Part shown: positions 1 through 12,340 of the stretch, piece by piece
How positions within the stretch are numbered: the stretch's first letter is position 1
Layout: every line of letters starts with the position of its first letter
From: Podarcis filfolensis
Lineage: Eukaryota
Assembly (NCBI GenBank): GCA_964270895.1
Contig: OZ185435.1
Direction: 5' to 3' (one strand)
DNA: 64,000 bases
Notes under the pieces: generated by a model
The model's database searches: none
What the model was told of the DNA's origin: nothing
The model's input: the letters and a program-made list of their open reading frames with translations, nothing else
Made by a program: the position numbers and the translations under genes

Positions 1-167
1 AGTGCTCACCTTGGTCCCTTACATTAATTTCTAATCTGCTTCCCTGTACACCAACTCTTGTTCAGCCTACTTGACCATGAGACCTATTAGGACATTTCTA
101 AGCAACGCCTGGACAAATTCAACTGACTAAATTCTGCTAATTTCTGCTTATTGATCAGACTCTATCA

Positions 168-282
168 CAGGGAACCTGTGTCCCTTCACATGTTATTGAG
201 CTGTAACTCAAATCAGTCCAAGCCAGCATGGCCAGTGGTCAGGGATAATGGAAGCTGTGGTCTAAAAACAGGTTCCCCACCC
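168..282. mobile_element. Degenerate hAT-type MITE fragment (same family as 13952-14080)
   Basis: Shares the internal cagcatggccagtggtcagggat(a/g)atgg motif with the better-preserved copy at 13952. Ends are eroded. Confidence 0.5.
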
Positions 283-1200
283 ATTTTACAATAAATACCC
301 CAGTAAGAATGCTTTTCCCAAGCAGTAACGGGAGTGGATTTTCATAAAGTCTCGTTTAGAAAAACCTGTCATTGTTTCATTATCATCTATGACTGGGGCT
401 GTTGTATCTCTCAGTAGGGTCTGCCATGTTAACGATATAACTGTGTATTCCTCAGCAGGAGGCCACACCTCATGGAGACAGATTAAGATGAAGAGCTTCT
501 TAGATGACATTCCAATGAAGCAGTTTCTACCACTATTTTGGTGAATTTCATTGTAGTTTACAAGCCAGAATTTAAAAGCTAACTTACAAAGCCCTTAAAT
601 TAGTAAGCAGCATTAAGGGCACGCTATTCTTAGCTGGTTTTGGTTAGTAAGAAATAAGAAACTGCCAGGTTAATAAGAAATATAAAATCAGTTAAGTCGT
701 ATCTTCTCTCAGATGTATGTACTGTATGTGACACTTTGCATACATCACCGGAGAGTGATAGTTCCTATATACCAGGCTTACTTGTGTGTGGCTCACCAAG
801 CCCACCATCTAGGAAGCCCATCAGAGGCTTGATAAATCTGTTGGCTTTGCTGCTTGCCTGTGACTGTAAAATGGTGATGGGTATCAGGTACAATATATGG
901 CTGGTGGGTTGCATGCTACATTGGGTAGAATTCAACATCATGCTATTACAAGTATTCCATCCGCACAAGCATTCCAGCTTGCCACTTGAAATGACCCCCC
1001 TCCTCCCCTCCCCTGCATGTTCTTCTGGGAGATCTCCCTACACCCCACCAGATCCAAGGCCCATGAGCGGCAGACTATATGGGGCAGAACCACATTGTGA
1101 ATCAGGGCAAACTAATGGGGCTCCTTAAGTGAATCCCACCTTTGATTCTTGGTAGGCCACAGGTTGTATGGCACTTGGTAGTGCATGTTATAATTTAGAC

Positions 1201-1429
1201 CAGGGGTAGGGAACTCTTAAGTGCAGCTAATCCCAGTGGGGCTCACTGTCACTACCAATCCACTGATAGGTGCTCACAGTAAGCTCTAACTGTTTCTTTG
1301 AAGCAGCATCCTTACTTGCCCTACACCTGACATCACATATGACTTCAGTGAGCATCGTTGGGTTTTGTGGTTCAAACCTGGGCCTGTGGCAGGCCTAATT
1401 AGATTCGAGTCAGAAGTTTCCTAAGCCTG
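1201..1429. mobile_element. Old hAT (Charlie-like) MITE
   Basis: Imperfect terminal inverted repeats (TIRs): caggggtagggaact versus the reverse complement of aagtttcctaagcctg. Flanks atttagac / ctgtagac match 6 of 8 and resemble the NTCTAGAN target. Confidence 0.55.
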
Positions 1430-2184
1430 CTGTAGACTCTCAGTGGATGTTTCAGATGAAATCAGCACAGGACATTGGTAAAGCATTTTACTCTCCAGTG
1501 AGGTTAGGGTATTCTATTTGGAGCTACCTCATTTAATCCTCACAACCACTTCGTGGAAAAGCAACTACAAGATGAAACAAATCTGCCTTTAGGTTTTGAA
1601 CAATGACTTAGGTTTCTCTGCAAAGGCAACTCTCTTTCAGTCCAGATAAGCTTACTGACAGTATGGAGTGCATTAGTAGCATGTGGCACAGCACTGTTCA
1701 GGTTTATTGTCACAATTTAAGCACACAGACAGCATCTGTGAAAATGTGACTGAGCCATCAAGTAAGGTGCAGAATTGAAGTGAACCGTTATGCTAGCAAC
1801 AAGAGATCAGTGATCATTTACAAAACAAAAACAGAATAAACAGTATGGACACTGATAGCCATTCACAAGCACTCTAGTTACAAATAAGAGTGTTCCTGTT
1901 TACACTGTTGCTGTCTCTATGGCTGAATGTACATTAGATGGAATACTCCTGGGTATGTTGGCACAATGTCTGGGACAGTTTGCAAATTTTCTTCTGCTGT
2001 GAATCTTGTCACCTTGCTTGACAAGATCTTCTTGCATTCTCATAATCTAACATAAATGCTCTTTGAGTGGTTTCTGCATCTGAGTAAATGTGCCTCAAGC
2101 AGAATGTGAGTCAAGACTCAGGGGCTGGGGGGTTGGAATGAAAGCTGCAGCAACTCTGTGCAACTTTTCTGTACAATATTTTGG

Positions 2185-2276
2185 CATAGCTGTCAACGTT
2201 TCCCTTTTTTTAAAAGGGGAATTCCCTTATTCCAAATAGGATTCCTTGCAAGAAAAGGGAAAAGTTGACAGCTATG
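2185..2276. mobile_element. Short palindromic MITE (hAT-like)
   Basis: Long TIRs catagctgtcaacgtttccctttt ... aaaagggaaaagttgacagctatg. Flanks tattttgg / tatttttgg are consistent with an 8-bp TSD plus one T slip. Confidence 0.7.
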
Positions 2277-2397
2277 TATTTTTGGTGGAAGGTGATTCTA
2301 TGAATTAACAAAAAAAAAAAACCAAAACAAACAGCAAATGTATTATTTCTGTGACAGCAAATCTGTTGAAATGACATGTCCTTCTTTACTTTGCCAG

Positions 2398-2454
2398 GAC
2401 AACATGAATGCAGAAAGCAAGAAAGGAAACTTGTGAGCATTTCGTGTAACTCAG
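2398..2454 (+). other. Candidate short exon (35 nt to the GTGAGC donor, or 57 nt to the GTGAAA donor); host unknown
   Basis: Acceptor ccttctttactttgccag preceded by about 38 nt without AG. The 57-nt form is open in phase 1 ([G/R]QHECRKQERKLVSISCNS). Confidence 0.25.
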
Positions 2455-3174
2455 GTGAAAGGTCTTAGTTCTAGTGATGTAGATAGTGGATTCAAGCCAC
2501 CAAGGTAACCGTTTTCCATTTCAGATGAGAGATGGTGTTGTCCGTCTTGTACAGGGCAAATTAAAAGTGGGTTTATGTGAGGTCCTTGAATGAGGAAAAT
2601 GCTTGACTTTCTAAGCCTAGAATCTGAATTTTATAGAAATAAAAATTTAAATCCAGTTTGCCAGCTGGGTCTGAGTGCAGATAACAGAAGCAAAGGGGCT
2701 AGATGGGTCAAGAAAGGGTCTTTACCATAGAAAAGCGACTCTGTCCTTGTAGAACTAGTGAAACTTCCAAATCTTCTCTGAAATCTAAGGAACCTACACA
2801 CAGCAAGTGCTTACTGCCTATGGACTCTATGAGGTGGTCTGCATGTAGAGAAGTTTGCAGCCACTGCACCCCCCTCCCCCGTTTCTGTTGCTGCTGTAAG
2901 CTAAGCCCTGGTTTGGCTGTGTTTCATCTATACCCAGGCTCATGGCTTTAATCCTCCTGACAATCCTTCAGCTACAATCCCAAGAACAAACCTTGGTTAC
3001 AGTCTGTGTGTTTGGAGTCAGACAAATCACAAGCCTGCGTTCAGACAACACACCACACCATGGCTTAGATCGCAGTAGCAACAGGACCAGAGAAAGAATA
3101 ATACAGCTACAATCTCCTCTCCAGAAACCCCACACTTGTGTGCTCACACTCAGTGATTGTATGGTTTAGCATTA

Positions 3175-3375
3175 TGTGCAAACCAGCTCGGTGTCTTGAT
3201 GGCTATGTGCTACGTCCAGGAATGGAGGCAGCATGGCTCTGAATACCAGTTGCTTGTGCATAACAATGAAGGGGAGTATTACTTTTATGACTTCTTTGTG
3301 GGATTCCCAGAGGCATCTAGATGACCACTGTGGGAAATGGGATGTTGGACTAGGTAGCCTTTGGCTCTTCTTCTG
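3175..3375 (+). mobile_element. CR1-family 3' UTR fragment (long-UTR squamate subfamily)
   Basis: The motif cccagaggcatctagatgaccactgtgggaaatgggatgttggactag resembles the copies at 53165 and 58020. Confidence 0.6.
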
Positions 3376-4288
3376 TCTGTTCCTACTCACACTTTGTGTT
3401 TCCCTCTTCCATAGGACTCACTGCCACTTGAGGAGTGAGTGGCGGAGGCACTCAAAGCAGCAAGTAAAGAATATGGCACTATTTCAGGGGCCAGGTTTGT
3501 CCCATTGCACAGTCAGTTGCCAGTTTCTACCCCCACTGAACATCATTCAGATGAAACATTTTTTTTTAAAAGACAGAAATGAGCTTCTTGCTGTCTTCCT
3601 CCTCCCCTCTTTTAAGTGACACAGACCTTAACTTTTCCCCATTGGATTAAGTTAAATTACTTTTCCATTGATACTCACAGAATGAGGTTAGAGGTTCTTC
3701 TGTTTAGTAAGTACAAGATTTCAAAGTTCCAGAGCTATGGGCTACGGAGTGAGCACTTGCACTGAAATGATCCATTCATAATAACAGAGAAGGAATATGT
3801 ATTTTCCCCCTCCCGTATGTCAACAATTGTGTGTACTTTTCATGAGACTCAGAAAAAAAAGGGGGGGGGGAGAAAACTAGTGGACAGATTATTTGTTGGC
3901 TTAGTAGATTAGAATCAAGAGCTTCTGTAAATTAAAAACAAAAGCAGCTTTGGAATGTACTTTACTGTTTCTGGAAACAAAGATCATTCTTCTCTTCTTT
4001 AGAATAATCAAAAATAAGAGTGTTTTCAGTCCCAATGCTTAGATTTATACTGCTCTGCACAATCTCTTCTATGAGCTGTCAGAAATCACTATTTTTCATT
4101 TTTCTAGGAAATATTTATTTAGGTTTTGGTTGATTTGTGGCTCTTCTGGAAATTGTTTATGTTAACAAGGAAACTATCTCATTACAATCTTTTAAAAATG
4201 GTGCTTAATGTGAAAGTGAATGCATAACCCTGTAAACATTGTACAATAGCACCCATGTGGTTTTTTTTTTTTAATGGTTTGCTTACAG

Positions 4289-4373
4289 GTCTAACTTCAT
4301 TAAAGTTTATGTTCTAATTATGCAAGATTTTCCTTGTAATTTATTACAAAAAGTGTGAACGCATTCTTAAGAG
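4289..4373 (+). other. Candidate 85-nt non-coding or poison exon inside a CNE-like block
   Basis: Acceptor T13-aatggtttgcttacag and donor GAG|GTAACG. Stop codons in all three frames. Confidence 0.25.
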
Positions 4374-5456
4374 GTAACGTCTGTTCTTTTGAACTGATTA
4401 AACCCCTTGGGCTATAATACATCTCATTAAGCTGGTGACATAAAAAAGAGAGGATAATCTTTAGTAAAGAGTGGATTCAGGAAACAGTGCACTGTTGATA
4501 AGACAGTTGTAGGGCAAAAGTGAAGGTGCATGACTGCGGGATACCTGATGACAGTCCTGATTATGTCACAATATGTTTTTCAATTACTTACTCTACACAA
4601 TTAAAAAAAATGCAACTTACCATGGCTCTCGCACAAGAATGTAGCTTGTATGTAACTCGACTAGTGTGCTACAAATAATGGGTTGGGAACTACTGGTGCA
4701 GGGTTAATTTTGTCATTACAGTTTTAAGTAGTGGGATTACATACCAATTCAGACTACAGCATAGACTTTTCTCTCACGTCCCTAGAATTTAATTTGATTG
4801 TAACAAAACAAACCTACCTTAATCATTTCTTTCTTCCATCTGCTTGACCCTTATCATGGTGAGCAGTGAAGACAGCGCAGAACCACGGATGAGAGATTGG
4901 ATATCATGAGATTTTCCCAGGGGCAGAATCTGTAACAATGATGAAAACCATGTAGCCACGGAATTGACTTTCTGATAACCATTCCACCCCCCCACCCATA
5001 AATTAAGCTAAGAAAATCTTGTTGACTCTAAGGTTTTGCTTTCTTAAAAGTGCTTTGCCAAAACCAGTATTCCACTTTATTTAAAGTTTCCTTCTCCCAT
5101 GTAAGAGGCTTTTGATTTTCTACATCATTCATAGGAACTTAAGGTTTTATTGCTGTGAGGAGGTTGAAGGAATGGTATGTATTTTTGTTTCTGTTAAACC
5201 TTTCTCCAGCTCTCTGTAGTCTTTTTGGCTGTCTACGCTCCCTGATCTGAAATGCTCAATGGGGAGAGTTATGGTACTTCATGTCATCTTTCCCTAGGCT
5301 GTAATTGAAGTGTAGGGCACTGGCAAAGCTGGCTATCAAGGGCCTATGATTGGTGCGCTTGCTGGTTGGGTTTTTAAGGGAAGTCCTTTCTTTTTTAAAA
5401 AGGTAAAAGGAAACAAACACTTTCTGCAAGGATTACTTTAAAAGCAAAAAAAGGGG

Positions 5457-5457
<1 letters not shown>

Positions 5458-5526
<69 letters not shown>
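5458..5526. repeat. Compound microsatellite (GAT)n(AAT)n
   Basis: Read directly from the sequence. Confidence 0.98.
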
Positions 5527-5960
5527 TTGCTGTTATGCACATGGTGGGTAGCACTCCCAGCTCCCAGGAAAACCCACTTCAAAACCTGGGGTTTCCAGAA
5601 AGTGTGGATGCCTGGGAAGGCTAATAAAAGCTGACCACTGGTAAAATAATTTGTAGAATGAACACAAGCACTTCTCAGTCACCTCAAAAATGAGGTAAAT
5701 GTAGCATAAATCATGTATTCGCACCTGTGAGAATTCTACTGGTATTTTCTCTCCCCTTTGGTAATTTTTGAATGTGATTCTTTTGCTTATTAATTGACAG
5801 ATAAAAGTAAAAAAGAAAACAACCCACAAACTTTTCAACAATTTTTTTTAATGCACTCAACTGTATACTCAAGTTTCAACTCTTAAGTAAAGCAATTGTG
5901 AAAGGTTGCATCAAAGTTTTAAATCCCAAAAACAATTTAATCCAGGCTATGGCATTAAAT

Positions 5961-6322
5961 GGGACACGGGTGGTGCTGTGGGTAAAACCTCAGCGCCTAG
6001 GGCTTGCCAATCGCATGGTCGGCAGTTCGAATCCCCGCGGCGGGGTGAGCTCCCGTCTTTCGGTCCCAGCTCCTGCCCACCTAGCAGTTCGAAAGCACGC
6101 TTAAGTGCAAGTAGATAAATAGGTACCACTTTATAGCAGGAAGGTAAACGGCGTTTCCGTGTGCTGCACTGGTGCCGGCTCGCCAGAGCACTTCGTCACG
6201 CTGGCCACGTGACCCGGAAGTGTCTCCGGACAGCGCTGGCCCCCGGCCTCTTAAGTGAGATGGGTGCACAACCCTAGAGTCGGACACGACTGGCCCGTAC
6301 GGGCAGGGGTACCTTTACCTTT
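5961..6322 (+). mobile_element. Full-length Sauria SINE (Squam1-type), young
   Basis: tRNA-derived head with B box gttcgaatcc, (ACCTTT)n tail and many CpGs retained. 13-bp TSD tatggcattaaat at 5948-5960 and 6323-6335. Confidence 0.95.
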
Positions 6323-6799
6323 TATGGCATTAAATACTTTTCCCATAGTTGGATTAACAGCTGAACAACAGACTAGGATCAAACAAGAAACCTATTGCTT
6401 CTGTTAAGATGTTTATACCAAGAAAAGCTATGCCTGTTGAACATCTGCCCGTTACTCTGCTGTATACGAGCCTCACCAGAGGTATAAAAAGTTGGTCCAT
6501 CCACTGCTCACTATTTGCTTTCCTTCTGTGATGTCCCATTCTATGTAACTGCATTTTCTACCTGCTAACGCAGCATGTAATATTGGTCTTGTCTGTGCTG
6601 TTGGATGACTGTTTGGTAAAAGCAGTAGTGACAGTGGGAGAAACTGACCATGCTTTATTCTTGCCAGCGAATTTCAAAGAATGGTTGTGGTTCTTTATTA
6701 GAAAGTGTAACTTTGTAAAAGTGGCCCTTAAATGGGAGCTGAATCAAATTTATCGCCTATCCTTAGTCTCTACATGTACAAACTCCCCTTTGGGAATGC

Positions 6800-6996
6800 C
6801 TTTAAATATCAGAACAGGCACTGTCTCTGTTGCCTTTTCAGTGCCTACTAAGACTTTCCTCTTTCAACAAGTCTTTTCAGTTGCGCTCTTTCCCAGTCTG
6901 CATCTATAATGGAATTGTTTTTAATGTTTTAATAAAGTTTTATCAGTTATTGCTTACTATCCTGGGCTCTTTTGGGCTGAAGGGCAGGATATAAAT
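6800..6996 (+). mobile_element. L2 LINE 3' end remnant
   Basis: Encodes a KTFLFQQVF-like L2 ORF2 C-terminus, then a T-rich UTR and a gaagggcaggatataaat tail. Confidence 0.6.
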
Positions 6997-7865
6997 TAAA
7001 TAAAATTGCAGGGATTCTGAAACTGTTTACTTTCAAGGCCTGCTTGAGACACGGCCTAAACATTACTTAGGGCCACCAGTCACAAAATGGTGGAGCAAAG
7101 GCAGCTGGTCACAAAATGGTGGCAGCCATCAGCATTTTAATGGATATCAGAAGAAAGTGGTGCCAGTTAATCTTTGGAAATGGCTAAATTCTTTACTACA
7201 GCGTTTTCCTTGTAGCAAGGAGTTCTGCATCTCAGCTCTCCTCACACTAAGTACAGGCATTTGCTCTGGAGGTATTGTGATTCAGCCTCCCCATTTTAGG
7301 CAGAATTTGCTGATCTAGAGGCTCTAATTCGAAAATACTTTTTCTTTTAATATATTTCACTTCCCACCCCCAGATGCCCTTCAAAGTATTTTTACCCATG
7401 TCCTGTAATTTCTGCTCCCATTCTCCTGTCACACTCATATTGTAATTTATTCCCCACTGACCAACCCGCCCTCCCCCCCAAAAAAACTTGTGGTTTTCTT
7501 TTCATGCCTCCTTTCCGTTCCTTTTACAACCACTTCTTCCTATTTTAAGAACTTTTCTCTCTTACCCCCTTCCTCACCATTACCAGTTTATTAAGCAAGT
7601 TAGTAAATATTGACCTTTTCTTGCTTGTTCTAATTTCCTTCAGTGCATGGTCTGGTCCTTTCTTTTCAGAGGAAGGAGACATTCTCTTCCCCCGCCCTTT
7701 TTACTCAGCTCACAAACCGTTGCAGGTGCTGCTGTTGATCCAGCCAAAAGCCTATGTCATAGCTAGGAGGTGGGGCACTGAGAAGGCAATGGTCAGGGTA
7801 TGGCACTGAGATCCCTCTAAAAGTGCCCCATGATCCAAGGGCCACCGATTGAGAAGCACTGCGCT

Positions 7866-8247
7866 CAGTGCCAGATTTACGTATAAGCTATACAACTATA
7901 GCTTAGGGCCCCACTCTCTTGCCCCCCCCCCCAAAATAAATAAAGAAAAAAACCCTGAATGTACATTTCCAAAATATAAGATAAAAAACAAATAAAATAG
8001 AACCTACATACAGCAACAGTGTTTTGTGTGGTGTAGGCTCCTATGATGTAAGTAATGGGGCTCCCCTGCTAGCCTGCTCCCTAAAATATCACTGGTTAGA
8101 TACCTATTAGGTCCATAAATTACCATATAGCATATATTCAACACAAAAAACAGCAACAATTTGTTGCTGACAAAGGACAGCTAGACATATAAAGGGCCCC
8201 ATTACCTTCAGTAGCTTAGGGCCTCATCAAACCTAAATCCGGCCCTG
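7866..8247. mobile_element. hAT MITE
   Basis: TIRs cagtgccagattta / taaatccggccctg. Flanking 8-mers actgcgct / acagctct match 6 of 8. Confidence 0.7.
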
Positions 8248-9127
8248 ACAGCTCTGTGGCATACACAAATCCTTGCTAGAAATACTGAACACCCTCCTGT
8301 TAACACACACACTTTCTGCACAATAAACTCTGCAGATTCAATTCCCAACCCCTTTGTAAAATCATACCTCAACAGGATAGCACTGTTGTTCCCTTGGGGG
8401 GCTCCAAAAGACTGCTTGCTCAAAAAAGTGGGGAAGGATCAGTGCAGAACAGGCGTTCCAGTAACAGGCATCTGATTGGCTCAGATGAAAATTCATGCAC
8501 CTGATGGTCAGACAGGCAGATAATTCAGAAGGGCAGCCAAAATCCTAAATTACTTAATTGGCTCATAAGGAGGACTCCTATTGGCTAGTGGTACTGATCA
8601 GAGTCAGATAACCAAAGGACAAAAGAATCCCTCAGCCTTGCTTAACCCTTTCCTATCAATATGTGAGAGTTGTTACTTTCACCTAGGTGAGAGGGAAGGG
8701 AACAGCTCTCTGTAGTGAGATTTTGTGATGAGCTGTGATGTGAAGACAGCAGAGTGCCACCACAGGAGACGGGCAGAAACAACTCCAGGAAGTTAGACAT
8801 CTTAGTAAATGGAAATTTTAAGGATATGAGTTTAGGGTGACAGGATAGAGGCTGAGCTATGGTTTGGGATGCTGGTTTTTATTGGGGTGGGGGCAGATTG
8901 TGAATCTGCTGATCAGACAAAGTATCTGCATGAAGTCTGAACTCAAAGGGCTGGAGCAGGCAAGCAAATTTGTAAGTAGTGCATGACTGTTACTATATCT
9001 GAAAAAAACCGCTAGTGAGAAAAATAGGGTGAAATGGTAAAGGTGAGAGAGCCATTGTTTGTAACCACCTGGTTCAGACCCCATATTTGTTTAGATTGTA
9101 ACGTTCTTCTGTCCTGTGTTATGAATG

Positions 9128-10320
9128 AATCATAGAATCATAGAATCATAGAATCATAGAATCATAGAGTTGGAAGAGACCACAAGGGCCATCGAGTCCA
9201 ACCCCCTGCCAAGCAGGAAACACCATCAGAGCACTCCTGACATATGGTTGTCAAGCCTCTGCTTAAAGACCTCCAAAGAAGGAGACTCCACCACACTCCC
9301 TGGCAGCAAGTTCCACTGTCGAACAGCTCTTACTGTCAGGAAGTTCTTCCTAATGTTTAGGTGGAATCTTCTTTCTTGTAGTTTGGAACCATTGCTCCGT
9401 GTCCGCTTCTCTGGAGCAGCAGAAAACAACCTTTCTCCCTCCTCTATGTGACATCCTTTTATATATTTGAACATGGCTATCATATCACCCCTTAACCTCC
9501 TCTTCTCCAGGCTAAACATGCCCAGCTCCCTTAGCCGTTCCTCATAAGGCATCGTTTCCAGGCCTTTGACCATTTTGGTTGCCCTCCTCTGGACACGTTC
9601 CAGTTTGTCAATGTCCTTCTTGAACTGTGGTGCCCAGAACTGGACACAGTACTCCAGGTGAGGTCTGACCAGAGCAGAATACAGTGGCACTATTACTTCC
9701 CTTGATCTAGATGCTATACTCCTATTGATGCAGCCCAGAATTGCATTGGCTTTTTTAGCTGCCGCGTCACACTGTTGGCTCATGTCAAGTTTGTGGTCAA
9801 CCAAGACTCCTAGATCCTTTTCACATGTAGTGCTCTCAAGCCAGGTGTCACCCATCTTGTATTTGTGCCTCTCATTTTTTTTGCCCAAGTGCAATACTTT
9901 ACATTTCTCCCTGTTAAAATTCATCTTGTTTGTTTTGGCCCAGTTCTCTAATCTGTCAAGGTCGTTTTGAAGTGTGATCCTGTCCTCTGGGGTGTTAGCC
10001 ACCCCTCCCAGTTTGGTGTCATCTGCAAATTTGATCAGGATGCCCTTGAGTCCATCATCCAAGTCGTTGATAAAGATGTTGAATAAGACCGGGCCCAAGA
10101 CAGAACCCTGTGGCACCCCACTAGTCACTCTTCTCCAGGATGAAGAGGAACCATTGATGAGCACCCTTTGGGTTCGGTCAGTCAGCCAGTTACAAATCCA
10201 CTGAGTGGTAGCATAGTCAAGACCGCATTTTACCAGCTTCTTTACAAGAATATCATGGGGCACCTTGTCAAATGCCTTGCTGAAATCAAGGTAGGCTACA
10301 TCCACTGCGTTCCCTTCATC
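9128..10320 (-). mobile_element. Young 5'-truncated CR1 LINE
   Basis: (ATTCTATG)n tail at about 9128-9166, a CR1 3' UTR and an uninterrupted ORF2 portion. Confidence 0.97.
9226..10305 (-). pseudogene. CR1 ORF2 C-terminal part (reverse transcriptase), 359 aa open frame; lacks endonuclease and promoter
   Basis: Motifs [30 protein letters not shown] and [11 protein letters not shown]. Non-autonomous because it is 5'-truncated. Confidence 0.93.
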
Positions 10321-10987
10321 AATGGAGTGACTGGAAAATAATATGAACTGTACATGCAGGTGTAGGTATTATTCAGCAGACCAGACTGCCATAGCCAGTT
10401 GCTACTTACTTGCATATGGGACCAAGTAAGAGGGTTAGGACAGCAGTCAGGAAGAGAAGCTTAAGGACACAAGGGGAAGTCACACGTTAAGGGAACAGCT
10501 GCCAGGAAGTGATTCCATACAGAAAGTACAGAGGAAGAGTACGAGGGAGTTAGGAGTTATAGAAAGCTTGTTTAAATAAAGTATTGTTTAAATAAAGTAT
10601 TTTGTTTTATAGTACTCCTACCTGATCCTTAGTGATAATTAACACCACTTGAAACATGCACAGGGTTATTTAATATGAACTCCAAGCTGTTGTGAACTAC
10701 AAGACCAAAACATGTAACCTTCTCGACTTGGTAAATTTTCTCTCTTGTTTCTTGCAAATGTTTAATGTAGTTATCTCCTTTCCAGATCTAATATACTTTG
10801 TTACTGGGTGTGCATGCTTTGGGCTGAGTACACACATTTTATTTTAGCACCAACAGTCTGAGTATTTCTATTTTCTATGTACTCCAGATGCACTCCAAAT
10901 CTGCACCTAGTAAGAACTGGTTTCATTCTGCAGAATTTGAGTGCAAGCTAGAATCTCTTATTCGGCAAGTCCATATATGTCCTAGAT

Positions 10988-11177
10988 CAGGCATGGCCAA
11001 AGTTCATTTTGGGGGCCTAATCAGGCCCGCCGGTCGTTTTAATCCGGCCCCTGTGGCAGTTAATTACCTAGGGTAAAATCCAAAAAAAACCTCAACAATT
11101 CCAACCCTTAAAAAAGCTCATTAACTTCAATCCTTAAAAAAAGCTGGCCCTCTTTGAAAGAAGTTTGGACACCACTG
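10988..11177. mobile_element. hAT-Charlie-type MITE
   Basis: TIRs caggcatggccaaagtt / aagtttggacaccactg. Perfect 8-bp TSD tcctagat at 10980-10987 and 11178-11185. Confidence 0.85.
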
Positions 11178-11784
11178 TCCTAGATGAATGTTTTGGACAT
11201 ATAGGAAATAGTTGATTTCTTTTCTATACTATTTCAGCCAGTCCAGGATATGCAGCTGTCCATTCCTGAACAAGGAGGGGGGCATTATTCCCAGCTGCTG
11301 TACTTAAGACAGTTGAGTTACCAAGGCCACCAAGTTAGGTTTCAGTTTGCCTTTTTATTTAGAGTGATTTTAATTCTATTCTGGGGTTGCTGTGGGTTTT
11401 GTATGTCTTGGCACTGCAATATGTTCTAGGGGAAATCCTACAAGCCTCGTTAAGAAGCCTGACCACATCATACCCTCTCTTTGGCACAATGTACACTACT
11501 AGTTTTCTTGGCTCTAGTATGTAAATCTCTTTTGATAGAAGGATTTCCATTTCCACATGTCAGCGAAATGAGCCCATGGACACCCAGATCTTTCGGTATG
11601 TTTCTTGTAGCTTATTCAGAACTTGAATGCTGGAAGCTAAACTTATCAGTTGTGCTCTCTCAATACAAATGGAATGACACTCAAAATAAATGTTAAGAAG
11701 TTCTCAGCACTGATGGGCTGATGTTTCCTCATAGTTCCTCATAGTATATTGCTCCTGATAATATCTCTACCTTTCTTCCAGGTA

Positions 11785-11866
11785 CCATCAGCCACAGCCA
11801 GCTTGGCCAGTGGTCAGGGATGATGGCAGCCTAACAACATCTAGAGGACAGCATGTTGGTTACCTC
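11785..11866. mobile_element. hAT MITE fragment (13952 family)
   Basis: Contains ggccagtggtcagggatgatgg...aacatctagagg. Confidence 0.5.
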
Positions 11867-12145
11867 ATTTCTATGACTTAGAAATATGGTGGACACAATC
11901 CAGAAAAAAGTTAGTGGGGAGTAAGTCCCTTTAAAAAAAAAGGTATTGACTATTCTCGATTAATGTTGCTGGGTTGTGCCCAGTGCCTCTGATATCCTAG
12001 AACTAAGTTGAACTGAAGGGTCTGAGTGTCACAAACATCTTCCCCCACCTTCTTTTGGGTGGTTGAAAAGAGGGGCCACTTTTTTAGAAAAAGGTTTACA
12101 GCTGAGGTATCTTGAATGTTTTAAAAAACTCGAGACAGTTATGTG

Positions 12146-12340
12146 CATCAGTGCACAGCAACAGATCTTTAAGTATTCTAATATGAACTAGCATACGCAT
12201 TAGTGTACAGCAACAGGCTTAAAGAAAAGAGGCCATTAATGAGCATTAGCGCACAGGGCAGGATTTTAAAAGAGCCTTTTACGTTCTGCAATTGTTTTTA
12301 AAGCCAGGCATTAATCAGTACATCAGTGCACAGCAAGGGT
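12146..12340. repeat. Four irregularly spaced copies of a cat(c/t)ag(t/c)g(c/t)acag motif
   Basis: Copies start at 12146, 12198, 12244 and 12321, with spacings of 52, 46 and 77 bp. Confidence 0.7.

Larger units (their letters stand above)
8385..10656 (+). mobile_element. LTR-like element (probable solo LTR) interrupted by a CR1; 5' boundary uncertain
   Basis: Repeated attggct (CCAAT) boxes, purine-rich body, AATAAA near the end and a terminal ...aaca. The 3' end is homologous to the inverted copy at 13315. Possible TSD agcac/tgcac. Confidence 0.5.

Noticed and set aside
736-1128. 130-aa ORF, and the many other 60-130 aa ORFs in the track
   Set aside because: No recognisable motifs, many start at non-ATG codons, and the number is as expected by chance in 64 kb.
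5961-6040. tRNA-like sequence with A and B boxes (also at 14371, 43006 and 50333)
   Set aside because: These are SINE heads, not tRNA genes.
9170-10204. Plus-strand ORFs at 9170, 9725 and 9974
   Set aside because: They are antisense shadows of the CR1 reverse transcriptase frame.
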